A stretch of 64,000 nucleotides of DNA. It comes from Phycisphaerae bacterium. Lineage in GTDB: Bacteria > Planctomycetota > Phycisphaerae > UBA1845. Below are positions 28,023 through 36,135 of the stretch, piece after piece (position 1 is the stretch's first letter; the number at the start of each line of letters is the position of its first letter). The stretch is taken from NCBI GenBank assembly GCA_022072505.1, contig JAJVHU010000037.1, positions 52,773-116,772 on the forward strand, in the 5' to 3' direction. Made by a program: the position numbers and the translations under genes. The notes under the pieces are model-generated. The model was not told the DNA's origin. It did no database searches and saw nothing but the letters and a program-made list of their open reading frames with translations.

Positions 28023-28346
28023 TCACACGCGGTAAACGCTGCCCTCAAGCCTGATGCTGTAGCCAGCCCGCTCCAGTTCGTTAAGGTAGCGAAACACGGT
28101 TCGACGCGATGATTTGAGCCTCCGAACCATGTCTTCAAGGGTGGCGCCTTTGCGAAGCACCTGAATCATCCGCATCTGACGCCCGAAAACCGAGCGGTCA
28201 TTGTCGGCTTCCTTAAGCCAGGATTCGGCGGCCTTTTTGAGTTCTGGATTTTTCGAGAAGAGCCGTTTTTCGAGCGCGAATTGAAGTGCAGATTGAATCG
28301 CTCTCGTTTTTAGAATATCGGAATTCGGACGACCGTTTGCGGGCAT
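28023..28346 (-). CDS. Small winged-HTH DNA-binding protein
   Basis: GATLEDMVRRLKSSRRTVFRYLNELERAG HTH_11-like signature followed by a wing (SIRLEGSVYRV). Confidence 0.75.
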   Translation of the reverse strand: MPANGRPNSDILKTRAIQSALQFALEKRLFSKNPELKKAAESWLKEADNDRSVFGRQMRMIQVLRKGATLEDMVRRLKSSRRTVFRYLNELERAGYSIRLEGSVYRV

Positions 28347-28903
28347 GAAACCAATCCTCTGTCACTCACTCCCCGAGGCGGCGACGTTGTTTCGGCGAAA
28401 CCCGCCTCAAACCCCCCCGTACCTGTCTCGCGGCTGCCGAAACCTTCAGGCTACAGGGTCAATCGCCCAGACAATAACGGGATTCCCGGCATCCGACAAG
28501 GCGGTCTTCGCCGGCTGCGCCGACGCCGAATTCCGGGAACCGTCAAAGGAAGCAGGAGCGCCGCCACGAAAAAATGCCGCAGCCCCCCTTTTAGGTCAAG
28601 GAAACCGGCGGAATACCCCGGAAGGTGTCTTTTTACAGGGGGAGGTTTCGTATTGGCGGAGCGGCAGCTTCGCGGTGTCAGCCTTTTAAGCCGCTGATCG
28701 AGGACGAATGCGGGGGGTGACGTGCGGCACATGCCGTAAGTGACGGAGTGCGACCCGCTGATAACGGCTTGAGGGGAAATCGCGGTTCGTGTTACGGTTT
28801 CGCGTGAGTCAAGCTCAGGGGCTATCGCCGGCTCGTTCGAGCGGCCGCAACCCGAGAAGGGGCAGCTTCCCGGTGATCGGGCGAGGTTGTTAGGGAGCAC
28901 ATC

Positions 28904-30064
28904 ATGTCATCACGTCGAATGAAGGTCGCAACCCGCGCGGGCGGGTTCACGCTGATCGAGCTGCTGGTGGTCATTGCGATCATCGCGCTGCTGATCTCGA
29001 TTCTGCTGCCGTCGCTGCAGAACGCGCGGAATCAGGCGAAGCGGACGAAGTGCGGGGCGCACCTGCGGGACATCTCGCTGGCGAGCCGGACGTATGCGTC
29101 GGAGGACGACGGCGCGTGGGCAATCCCGATCCACGGGCGCCAATACTCTCAGAATACTCAGTCGCCGACGTTCATCGGCGCCTACGAGTGGGGCGGAAAG
29201 AGCGGAATCGGCAAGCCCGGCTTCTGTACCGGAAGCGGCGACCCCGAGCTTCGCAGCAAGTACGGGACGCGGTGCGGTTTTGGACCAGGGTCGCGTCCGC
29301 TGAACGAAACGATTTACAAAGGCGGTTTCGAGGATCACGTCGACGGGGGGGACGCTATCGTTCTCGCGGACACCAAGATGCAGTTGGATGTGTTCACCTG
29401 CGCTGGCGATGAAGGTCCGCCGAGTTCGGGACATTGCCAGGACTGGATCAATCGCGGCTCGACGGTGTCGTCGTACGACTGGTTCGGCAACTCGTTTGCG
29501 GCGAACGTATTCATGATCGGCCCGTCGAACGGCGGCCCGATGGACAGCAACTCGCCGTACCTGCGGCCGATCACGCGGATTCCCTCGCCGAGCCGGGTCA
29601 TTTATTACGAAGAGAACGTCGGCCGGTGGGGGTGGGCGGCGCGCGAGGATCGTTGCGATTTCCTGACGGGCGTTTCACTGCACCCGCAGAAGCGCGTGAT
29701 CGAGGGGTGGCACGGCAAGGACTGGACGTATAACCGTTCGTTTGTGGACGCGCATGTCGAGTTCCAGAAGGTGCTGATCGAAGGGACGCGCGACGCGGCG
29801 GGCTACTATCAGCATTACCGGTTCGAGAAAATGCTTGAGGACTGCTCGCAGAATTTCACCGGAAATCACTACACCCAGTTTTTTCCGTGGACGAATCCGG
29901 CGTGCGGGATCGATTATCGATGCGTCGTGATTCGTGGGGATGGGTGGCAAAAGGATTGCTTGCCGACGCCGGTGGTGGCCACGGGTCTGCTCCATGATGG
30001 GAGCGGCAGGCCGTCCTACGAGGGATGCGTATGCGACACGGGTTACCCGTGTCCGGAACGGTAG
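28904..30064 (+). CDS. Prepilin-type N-terminal cleavage/methylation protein (paralogue A)
   Basis: [26 protein letters not shown]; GGGAG RBS; [16 protein letters not shown] variant of H-X9-DG; Cys-rich. Confidence 0.88.
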   Translation: MSSRRMKVATRAGGFTLIELLVVIAIIALLISILLPSLQNARNQAKRTKCGAHLRDISLASRTYASEDDGAWAIPIHGRQYSQNTQSPTFIGAYEWGGKSGIGKPGFCTGSGDPELRSKYGTRCGFGPGSRPLNETIYKGGFEDHVDGGDAIVLADTKMQLDVFTCAGDEGPPSSGHCQDWINRGSTVSSYDWFGNSFAANVFMIGPSNGGPMDSNSPYLRPITRIPSPSRVIYYEENVGRWGWAAREDRCDFLTGVSLHPQKRVIEGWHGKDWTYNRSFVDAHVEFQKVLIEGTRDAAGYYQHYRFEKMLEDCSQNFTGNHYTQFFPWTNPACGIDYRCVVIRGDGWQKDCLPTPVVATGLLHDGSGRPSYEGCVCDTGYPCPER

Positions 30065-30108
30065 ATACACGTGACTAAGGAATCCGAACGAAAGAGAAGG
30101 GTGCAGAA

Positions 30109-31248
30109 ATGATGCGTACTCGACGAGGCTGTCGGCATGTGGCGGGCGGGTTCACGCTGATCGAGCTGCTGGTGGTCATCGCGATCATCGCGCTGCTGAT
30201 CTCGATTCTGCTGCCGTCGCTGCAGAACGCGCGGAATCAGGCGAAGCGGACGAAGTGCGGGGCGCACCTGCGGGACATCTCGCTGGCGAGCCGGACGTAT
30301 GCGTCGGAGGACGACGGCGCGTGGGCGATCCCGATCCACGGGCGCCAGTATGAGCAGAACCCGGCGACGCCGACGTTCATCGGCGCCTACGAGTGGGGCG
30401 GAAAGAGCGGGATCGGTCGCGGTGGATTCTGTAGCGGCGGCGGCGACCGAGAGCTTACGAGCAAATACGGCACACGCTGCGGATTCGGGCCGGGTACGCG
30501 TCCGCTCAATGAGACGATCTACAAGGGCGGGTTCGAAGATCACATGACCGGCAGCGACGACGTCGTTCGGGCCGACACCAAAATGGCGCTCGACGTATAC
30601 ACGTGCGCGGGCGACGAAGGTCCGCCGCGCGGGTCGCACTGCCAGGACTGGATCGACAGCGGCAACATCAGTTCCTACGACTGGTTCGGAAACTCGTTCG
30701 CCGCCAACGTCTTCCTGATCGCCATCTCGGGCGGTCGGAACCCGATGTCCAGCAACGGACCGTATCTGCGGCCGATCACGCGCATCCCGACGCCGAGCAA
30801 CACGATCTACTACGAAGAGAACGTCGGTCGCTGGGCGTGGGCGTCTCGCCGCGAATCCGACTTCTGCCAGGGGCTCGGTCTGCCCGGCGTGGATCCCGGA
30901 CGAACGAAGAGCCTGAACGGCTGGCACGGCAAGGACTGGACGTTCAATCGCGCGTTCGTCGATGCGCACGTGGAGTTCCAGAAGATCCTGGTTGAAGGCA
31001 CGAAGGACGCCCAAGGCTACTACCAGCATTATACGCAGTTCCGATTGCTGGAGGACTGTCCGAGGCCGAACTTCTTCCGCTGGGCACTCGACTGCCAGCA
31101 GGACAATACGTGCATCATCATTCGCGGCCAGGGCTGGCAGAAGGACACGCTGCCGTCGCCGACGGTTCCGACCGGTCTGCTGTCGCCGGGCACGGGTCGT
31201 CCGTCCTACGAGGGCTGCCCGTGTGCCGCGATGCCGTGTCCGAACTGA
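30109..31248 (+). CDS. Prepilin-type N-terminal cleavage/methylation protein (paralogue B)
   Basis: Same N-terminal pilin helix and motifs as paralogue A. Confidence 0.88.
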   Translation: MMRTRRGCRHVAGGFTLIELLVVIAIIALLISILLPSLQNARNQAKRTKCGAHLRDISLASRTYASEDDGAWAIPIHGRQYEQNPATPTFIGAYEWGGKSGIGRGGFCSGGGDRELTSKYGTRCGFGPGTRPLNETIYKGGFEDHMTGSDDVVRADTKMALDVYTCAGDEGPPRGSHCQDWIDSGNISSYDWFGNSFAANVFLIAISGGRNPMSSNGPYLRPITRIPTPSNTIYYEENVGRWAWASRRESDFCQGLGLPGVDPGRTKSLNGWHGKDWTFNRAFVDAHVEFQKILVEGTKDAQGYYQHYTQFRLLEDCPRPNFFRWALDCQQDNTCIIIRGQGWQKDTLPSPTVPTGLLSPGTGRPSYEGCPCAAMPCPN

Positions 31249-31277
31249 CGCGCGGTTAGACATTTCGTGAGGCTTCT

Positions 31278-31312
31278 GTCGCGGGCTTGGCGGGTTTCGC
31301 CAGGCCCGCGAC
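31278..31312. terminator. GC-rich hairpin between convergent genes
   Basis: GTCGCGGGCTTGGCG-GGTTT-CGCCAGGCCCGCGAC 15-bp stem; no clear U tract. Confidence 0.4.
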
Positions 31313-31417
31313 GCGTTCCGATCGCGCCGGACTTCATTCACGCCGCCCGGTTCAGCGCAGGCGGACCGGAGAACCGCCGTCCGAGCTTGTGCAACGAACC
31401 CGCGACTTGATATCGTA

Positions 31418-31496
31418 GACGTGGTTTCAAAACCGAGCCGCGCCCGTAAGGAAGCGCTCTTTTTCCCGTCGGCACCGGTGGTTTTGCAACAGCGTC
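31418..31496. mobile_element. 79-bp MITE, uninterrupted copy
   Basis: TIRs GACGTGGTTTCAAAACC / GGTTTTGCAACAGCGTC; flanks GTA/TTA; colinear with the 27667 element after removing its insert. Confidence 0.78.
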
Positions 31497-32429
31497 TTAA
31501 GCCGTCGGGCGCGGGGCGTTGGCTCGATCGGACGGCTGCGATTTCCAGCGGCGGTGGATCCAGAGGTATTGCGGCGGGTTCTGTCGGGCGGCGGCCTCGA
31601 TCTCGCGCGTGTACGTCTGCGTGATCCAGCGGAGCGGGTCGTCCTGCGCTTCCCACTCCTGCGGGCGGATGACCCGCTGCACCGCGACTTCGTAACGGAA
31701 GCCTTCTGCGATCCGCCGCGCGTAGCCGACGATGACCGGCACGCGCGTCTGCATCGCCAGCAGCCCGATCGACTTGTACGTCGACGCGGGGCGGCCGAAG
31801 AAGTCCACGAAAATCCCCTTCCGCCCCGCGTCCTGATCGGCGATGAACCCGACGAGCCTGCCGCGTCGCAGCAGATCCTCGGCCTGCGCCGTCGCGCCGC
31901 GTTTGTCGAGGAGCGCCAGTCCGTGCGTGGCGCGGGTGCGGACGAGGTAGTCGTTGAGGTAGACGTTGTCGAGGGGTCGCATGACGGCGGCCACGGGGAA
32001 TCCGAAGCACGCGATCAGGTGGCCCACCAGCTCCCAGTTCCCGAAATGTCCGGTGAGCAGGATCGCGCCCTGGCCGGTCAGGAGGTGACGCAGCGTCTCC
32101 TCGAGGTTGACCGGAACCAGGTGGCGATGCCACGTGTACCGGTTGATCAGTCCCGGAGCGCGGATCAACTCGACCGCGAACATCGTCCAGTGATCGAGGC
32201 ACGCGCGGGCGATCCGGCGACGATCGTCGGCCGAAAGAGACTCCCCGAACGCCAGCCTCAGATGCTCCTCGGCGCGACGCAGGTGACGCGGAGAAAGACG
32301 CGCCCAGCCCCCCGCCAGCCGCCGGGCGATCCGAAGATTGAACTCGATCGGCGAAAGATGAAAAAGCGCAGCGACGCTCCGGAACGCAAGGTACGCCAGC
32401 CACGCCGTGATGCCCCGATCTTTCTTCAT
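31497..32429 (-). CDS. Lipid A/lysophospholipid acyltransferase (LpxL/HtrB family)
   Basis: LTGHFGNWE, GFIADQD, FVDFFG.PA, PQYLWIHRRWK. Confidence 0.9.
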   Translation of the reverse strand: MKKDRGITAWLAYLAFRSVAALFHLSPIEFNLRIARRLAGGWARLSPRHLRRAEEHLRLAFGESLSADDRRRIARACLDHWTMFAVELIRAPGLINRYTWHRHLVPVNLEETLRHLLTGQGAILLTGHFGNWELVGHLIACFGFPVAAVMRPLDNVYLNDYLVRTRATHGLALLDKRGATAQAEDLLRRGRLVGFIADQDAGRKGIFVDFFGRPASTYKSIGLLAMQTRVPVIVGYARRIAEGFRYEVAVQRVIRPQEWEAQDDPLRWITQTYTREIEAAARQNPPQYLWIHRRWKSQPSDRANAPRPTA

Positions 32430-32522
32430 CGCGGCGGCATGTTACGGGAAGCCGGCCCTGCCGTCCCGCACGAGTAGACCCTGAAACCGGCTCCGAATGC
32501 CCCTCGGAGAGGCGCCGACCAC

Positions 32523-32847
32523 GGCGCTGTTTCAAAACCGAGCCGCGCCCGTAAGGAAGCGTTCTTCTGAGTCCCCACTTGACTCCAGTGCGCCGCGACG
32601 CGCGACGTTCCTCGACCCGCCTCGAAGGCGGCACGGCGCGCGGCGTTTCTCGACCCCGACGGGGTTGCGGCGAACTTAACCGAGCCGCGCCCGTAAGGAA
32701 GCGTTCTCCTGAGTCCCCACTTGACTCCGGTGCGCCGCGGCGCGCGACGTTCCTCGACCCACCTCGAAGGCGTCGCGGCGCGCGACGTTTCTCGACCCAC
32801 CTCGAAGCCGGAACGGCGCGTCGCGTTTCTCGACCCCAACGGGGTCG
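32523..32847 (+). repeat. 142-bp tandem duplication containing the REP 26-mer and a 38-bp internal repeat
   Basis: AACCGAGCCGCGCCCGTAAGGAAGCG at 32536 and 32678; CTCGACCC at 32611/32649 and 32753/32791/32829; orphan MITE left end at 32523-32539. Confidence 0.85.
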
Positions 32848-33058
32848 CGTCCTCCAGCCCAGGGTGGGTCGCCGCAGGCAGACCTGCCCTGGGGAACCGA
32901 AACCGCTCGATCCTCAACCCCAGCGATGTGACAATTGTCAAGAAGGTAGGGGTTGCACCGCGCGATCCACCCAGGTTGGTTCGACCCCTTCGGGGTCGCG
33001 TTTTGACCCCGCACGCCACCGTGGGTTTCACCCACGGCTATCCACGTAATTCCCCTTC

Positions 33059-33190
33059 GGGGAATATGACGCCTGACCGCCGGGGAATATGACGCCTGAC
33101 GACCGCCGGGGAATATGACGTCTGACGGCCAGGGAATATGACGCCTGACCGCCGGGGATTACGACGCCAACGGCCGGGGATTACGACGCC
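33059..33190 (+). repeat. About 23-bp tandem array, 6 units
   Basis: GGGGAATATGACGCCTGACCGCC units starting 33059, 33082, 33108, 33131, 33154, 33176. Confidence 0.9.
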
Positions 33191-33282
33191 GATCCCCGAA
33201 GGGGATCAACATGAATAGCCGTGGGCGCAGCCCACGGAAGACGAAGACAAGCGCGCCCAACCCCGAAGGGGTTGCACCACTC

Positions 33283-33393
33283 GGCGCAACCGTTTCATCC
33301 GGCGCAACCCGTTCAACTCGGCGCAACCGTTTCATCTGGCGCAACCCTTTCAACCCGGCGCAACCGTTTCATCTGGCGCAACCCCTTCAACCC
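33283..33393 (+). repeat. Alternating 18/19-bp tandem array (3 x 37 bp)
   Basis: GGCGCAACC units at 33283, 33301, 33320, 33338, 33357, 33375. Confidence 0.9.
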
Positions 33394-33488
33394 GCTGCAA
33401 CCCCGTTGGGGTTGGTCGAGGCGTGGATCGCCGCGAACCCAAGGTAGGCCGCCTGCGGCGTCCAACCTTGGGCTGGAGGCCGCAATCC

Positions 33489-33805
33489 CTTCGGGATTGA
33501 GACCAACGCATCCGGAGAATCCTGCGCCTCCTTCGGGATTGAAACACAACAACGGACGTTCGCGCGTGTCCTTCGGGATTGAAACACAACAACGGACATT
33601 CACGCGTGTTCAACGGACGTTGGCGCGTGCTCTTCGGACATTCGCGTGCGTCCTTCGGGATTGAGACACAACCACGGACGTTCTCGCGTGTTCATCGGGA
33701 TTGAAACACCACAACGGACGTTGGCGCGTGTCCTTCGGGATTGAAACACAACAACGAACGCTCACGCATGTTCTTCGGGCGTTCGCGCGTGTTCTTCGGG
33801 ATTGA
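33489..33805 (+). repeat. 40-bp tandem array with 21-bp subunit duplications
   Basis: CTTCGGGATTGA(A/G)AC-like starts at 33489, 33531, 33571, 33653, 33693, 33733, 33794. Confidence 0.9.
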
Positions 33806-33941
33806 TGTGAATGCGCCGGACGATCCTGCGGGGTCGTCGGCGAAACGTGTTGCGTCGGAGTCGGGCGAAGCGGAGTGCAACGGAGTCAGGTGGAGATTCA
33901 GGGCGTCGCTGCCGCGGCTGAGGGGGGTTGCGACCGGAGTT

Positions 33942-34043
33942 AGCCGCCTGTTGAAGAACTCGCGATCGGCTTTCGTGATACCGGTTTTTCCCGGCGAGAT
34001 TCGCCTCCCGGAGGGAGGCGTTCCCCTTTTTCAACGGACGGCT
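33942..34043. mobile_element. Possible degenerate MITE (IS1182/IS5-like ends)
   Basis: AGCCGCCTGTTGAAGAA / TTTTTCAACGGACGGCT (14/17 inverted match); internal hairpin CGCCTCCCGGAGGGAGGCG; no clean TSD. Confidence 0.45.
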
Positions 34044-34068
34044 GAGAACAACCGACGACGACAGACCG

Positions 34069-35346
34069 TTACGCGCCCCCGCAGCACCGCTTGTACTTCT
34101 TGCCGCTTCCGCACGGGCACGGTTCATTGCGACCGATCTTTCCGTCGGAAGTCACGGACGCAAAAGCCTCCTCCTCCTCCTCCTCCTTAGGATTGAACAG
34201 CAGCGAGGTCTCGGATTCCCTCGCCGTCCTTGCCCCCAGGAGTCGGGCCATCTCATTCCGGCGGCGCTCCCGACGCAGCTCGTCATTCTCGCGTTGGCGG
34301 CGCCAGTCAGCGTCCTCGGGGATCGTCAGGCCCAACACGTCAGCCGCCACGAGAATCTCATCCTCCAGGTCCACCATCATCCGGTCATACCCGTCCGCGA
34401 CCTGCTTCCGGGCGAGTTCGACGCCGCGCGGCGAGAAACAATGACCAAGCGCGTGGCAGAGCGTCGTCCGGATCGTGAGGTCCGACTCACCTTCAAGCAG
34501 CGCGATCATCGCGTCCTCCGACTCCGGCAGGCGCAGCCCCTCGAGCACCTCCGTCGCCATCATGCGGAAACCGAAACCGCTCGACGGGCAGCCCTCGCGG
34601 ATCAGCCGGACGACGTCCACGTCGCCGATCCGCACGAGCGCGTCGCGGACGCGCTGGGGCATCCAGTCGTCGTCCGCGCCCAGGCGGCGGATCAACGCGG
34701 GGACGGCCTCCCGCATCTTGCGCGCGCCGGCCAAGTCAACCAGGATCAACTCCAGAAACGAGTTTTCGACGCCCGGATCCGCAAGCCGCTCGCACACCGC
34801 GTCCGCGCCGGGGAAATCATGCCGCCCCAGCGCTTCGACCATCACGTCGACGTAGGTCCAGTCCAGCTTCCACGGCTCCCGGACGTTCTCCGCGCGCCGG
34901 GCGAAGGCGACCAGCGCGTCCCAGAGTTCCGCCGCGGACAACCCGGCCGCTTCGATGCGGTGGGACATCCTCTTCGTCTGCTGCGGACTGAGCAGCCCCT
35001 CGCGGCGCAGCCGATCGCCGCGCTCCCGAAGCAATTCAACCGGCGCCTTCACCAGCAGGTTGCCGGCGCATTGCCCGAGACTTCCAGGCCCCAGCGCCGC
35101 ACGGGTCGCCACGACCTCCTCAAAAACCTGAGGATCCAGCGGAAACCGGTCCCAACGGTGCAGCGCCGTGTCGTTCGCCGCAAAGCCGAACCGCCGGCAT
35201 GCCGCCAGGATCGTCGGCACCAGCTCCGCGTCCCGCGACCACGCCTCATGCAGGCACCGAACCACCGTTCCCCGCACGTGCCCGTCCGAATGAAGGAGCA
35301 ACGGCCTGAGTGCTTCCACCGTCAGCATGATGTCGTCCCCCGGCAT
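34069..35346 (-). CDS. HEAT-like repeat protein with C-terminal SEC-C motif
   Basis: [20 protein letters not shown]; [11 protein letters not shown]....[10 protein letters not shown] repeats. Confidence 0.85.
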   Translation of the reverse strand: MPGDDIMLTVEALRPLLLHSDGHVRGTVVRCLHEAWSRDAELVPTILAACRRFGFAANDTALHRWDRFPLDPQVFEEVVATRAALGPGSLGQCAGNLLVKAPVELLRERGDRLRREGLLSPQQTKRMSHRIEAAGLSAAELWDALVAFARRAENVREPWKLDWTYVDVMVEALGRHDFPGADAVCERLADPGVENSFLELILVDLAGARKMREAVPALIRRLGADDDWMPQRVRDALVRIGDVDVVRLIREGCPSSGFGFRMMATEVLEGLRLPESEDAMIALLEGESDLTIRTTLCHALGHCFSPRGVELARKQVADGYDRMMVDLEDEILVAADVLGLTIPEDADWRRQRENDELRRERRRNEMARLLGARTARESETSLLFNPKEEEEEEAFASVTSDGKIGRNEPCPCGSGKKYKRCCGGA

Positions 35347-35495
35347 CCGCCCGCGGCGTCAGGCGAACTGCATCGACCAGCATACCGTCGGCGTCGCGCC
35401 CGTAAATGCGCAGGCGATCGCTTGAGGGTGTGAAACGCCGCCGTCAGACGGGCAAGGCCGATGAGGCTCGGGGATCGTTCTTCTCCGGATGTGTC

Positions 35496-35831
35496 CTAGC
35501 GCTGCCGCTGCGGGTCGGGGAAGGCGCGGTACAGCGCCGAGCGGAAGTCCGTCACGCGGGCGTAGACGTTGGCGTGCAGCTTCTCGATGTCCCCGCCGCG
35601 CCGCGCGATCACCTCGAACGCCTGCTCAAGCTGCGCCAGGTCGCGGCACGCCAGCGACATGTTGAACTCGCCCAACTCCGCCGGTCCGAACCCGAGCTTC
35701 CGCCGCGTCAGGCGGTAGTCCTCGATGAGGCCGCGCCGTTTCAACTCGCCCAGGTAGGCATGAACCGCGTCGGCGAACTCGACGTCCTTGTGCGAATCCC
35801 TGAGGTTGCACCAGATCTCGTAGTAGTTCAC
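35496..35831 (-). CDS. Small conserved hypothetical protein (DUF6614-like, from recall)
   Basis: Y.IWCNL...KD.EF......YL..L...G.IE.YRLTRRKLGFGP..LGEF; normal globular composition. Confidence 0.7.
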   Translation of the reverse strand: MNYYEIWCNLRDSHKDVEFADAVHAYLGELKRRGLIEDYRLTRRKLGFGPAELGEFNMSLACRDLAQLEQAFEVIARRGGDIEKLHANVYARVTDFRSALYRAFPDPQRQR

Positions 35832-35840
35832 CGCACCCCC

Positions 35841-36047
35841 GAGCCGCGGGCTTCAGCCCGCGCGAATCCCCCACCCCGGCAACCGCCCAACCGCCCAACC
35901 GCTCGCCGATCCGCTACATCCGCTACATCCGCTACATCCGCACATCCGCTTCAGCCCGCGCGAATCCCCCACCCCGGCAACCGCCCAACCGCCCAACCGC
36001 TCGCCGATCCGCTACATCCGCACATCCGCTTCAGCCCGCGCGAATCC
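35841..36047 (+). repeat. REP hairpin followed by 98/80-bp tandem duplication with 8- and 9-bp microrepeats
   Basis: CGCGGGC-TTCA-GCCCGCG hairpin; GCTTCAGCCCGCGCGAATCC at 35850, 35948, 36028; ATCCGCTAC x3 versus x1. Confidence 0.88.
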
Positions 36048-36135
36048 TCAGCCCGAGTCGCCGCTCATACGGGTCGTCAGCGGCGCGAAGGGACGCCGGA
36101 TACAAGGCACGAAGAATCAGAATCACACGCCAACC

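Larger units (their letters stand above)
32831..33499. repeat. Nested inverted REP composite (A-B-B'-A')
   Basis: 32831-32955 is an inverted homologue of 33398-33499; 32982-33064 is an inverted homologue of 33191-33274; several CCCC-N3-GGGG hairpins. Confidence 0.78.

Noticed and set aside
28347-28903. Riboswitch or ncRNA upstream of the pilin pair
   Set aside because: No c-di-GMP or other riboswitch consensus was recognisable by eye; an Infernal/Rfam scan would be needed
28904-31248. Diversity-generating retroelement or shufflon acting on the pilin pair
   Set aside because: No reverse transcriptase or recombinase is in the window, the near-identical block is 5' rather than 3', differences are not adenine-specific, and both genes are direct and intact
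30043-32634. 863-aa minus-strand ORF
   Set aside because: It runs through repeats, an alternative frame of the acyltransferase and the antisense of a pilin gene, with no coherent domain
33489-33805. CRISPR array (repeats contain GGGATTGAAAC, a typical CRISPR repeat 3' end)
   Set aside because: The intervening sequences resemble each other rather than being unique spacers, the period is 40 bp, the motif derives from the adjacent hairpin arm, and no cas gene is in the window
32426-34190. Short ORFs across the repeat field
   Set aside because: Translations simply mirror the DNA repeats; no transposase (HUH or DDE) motif was found
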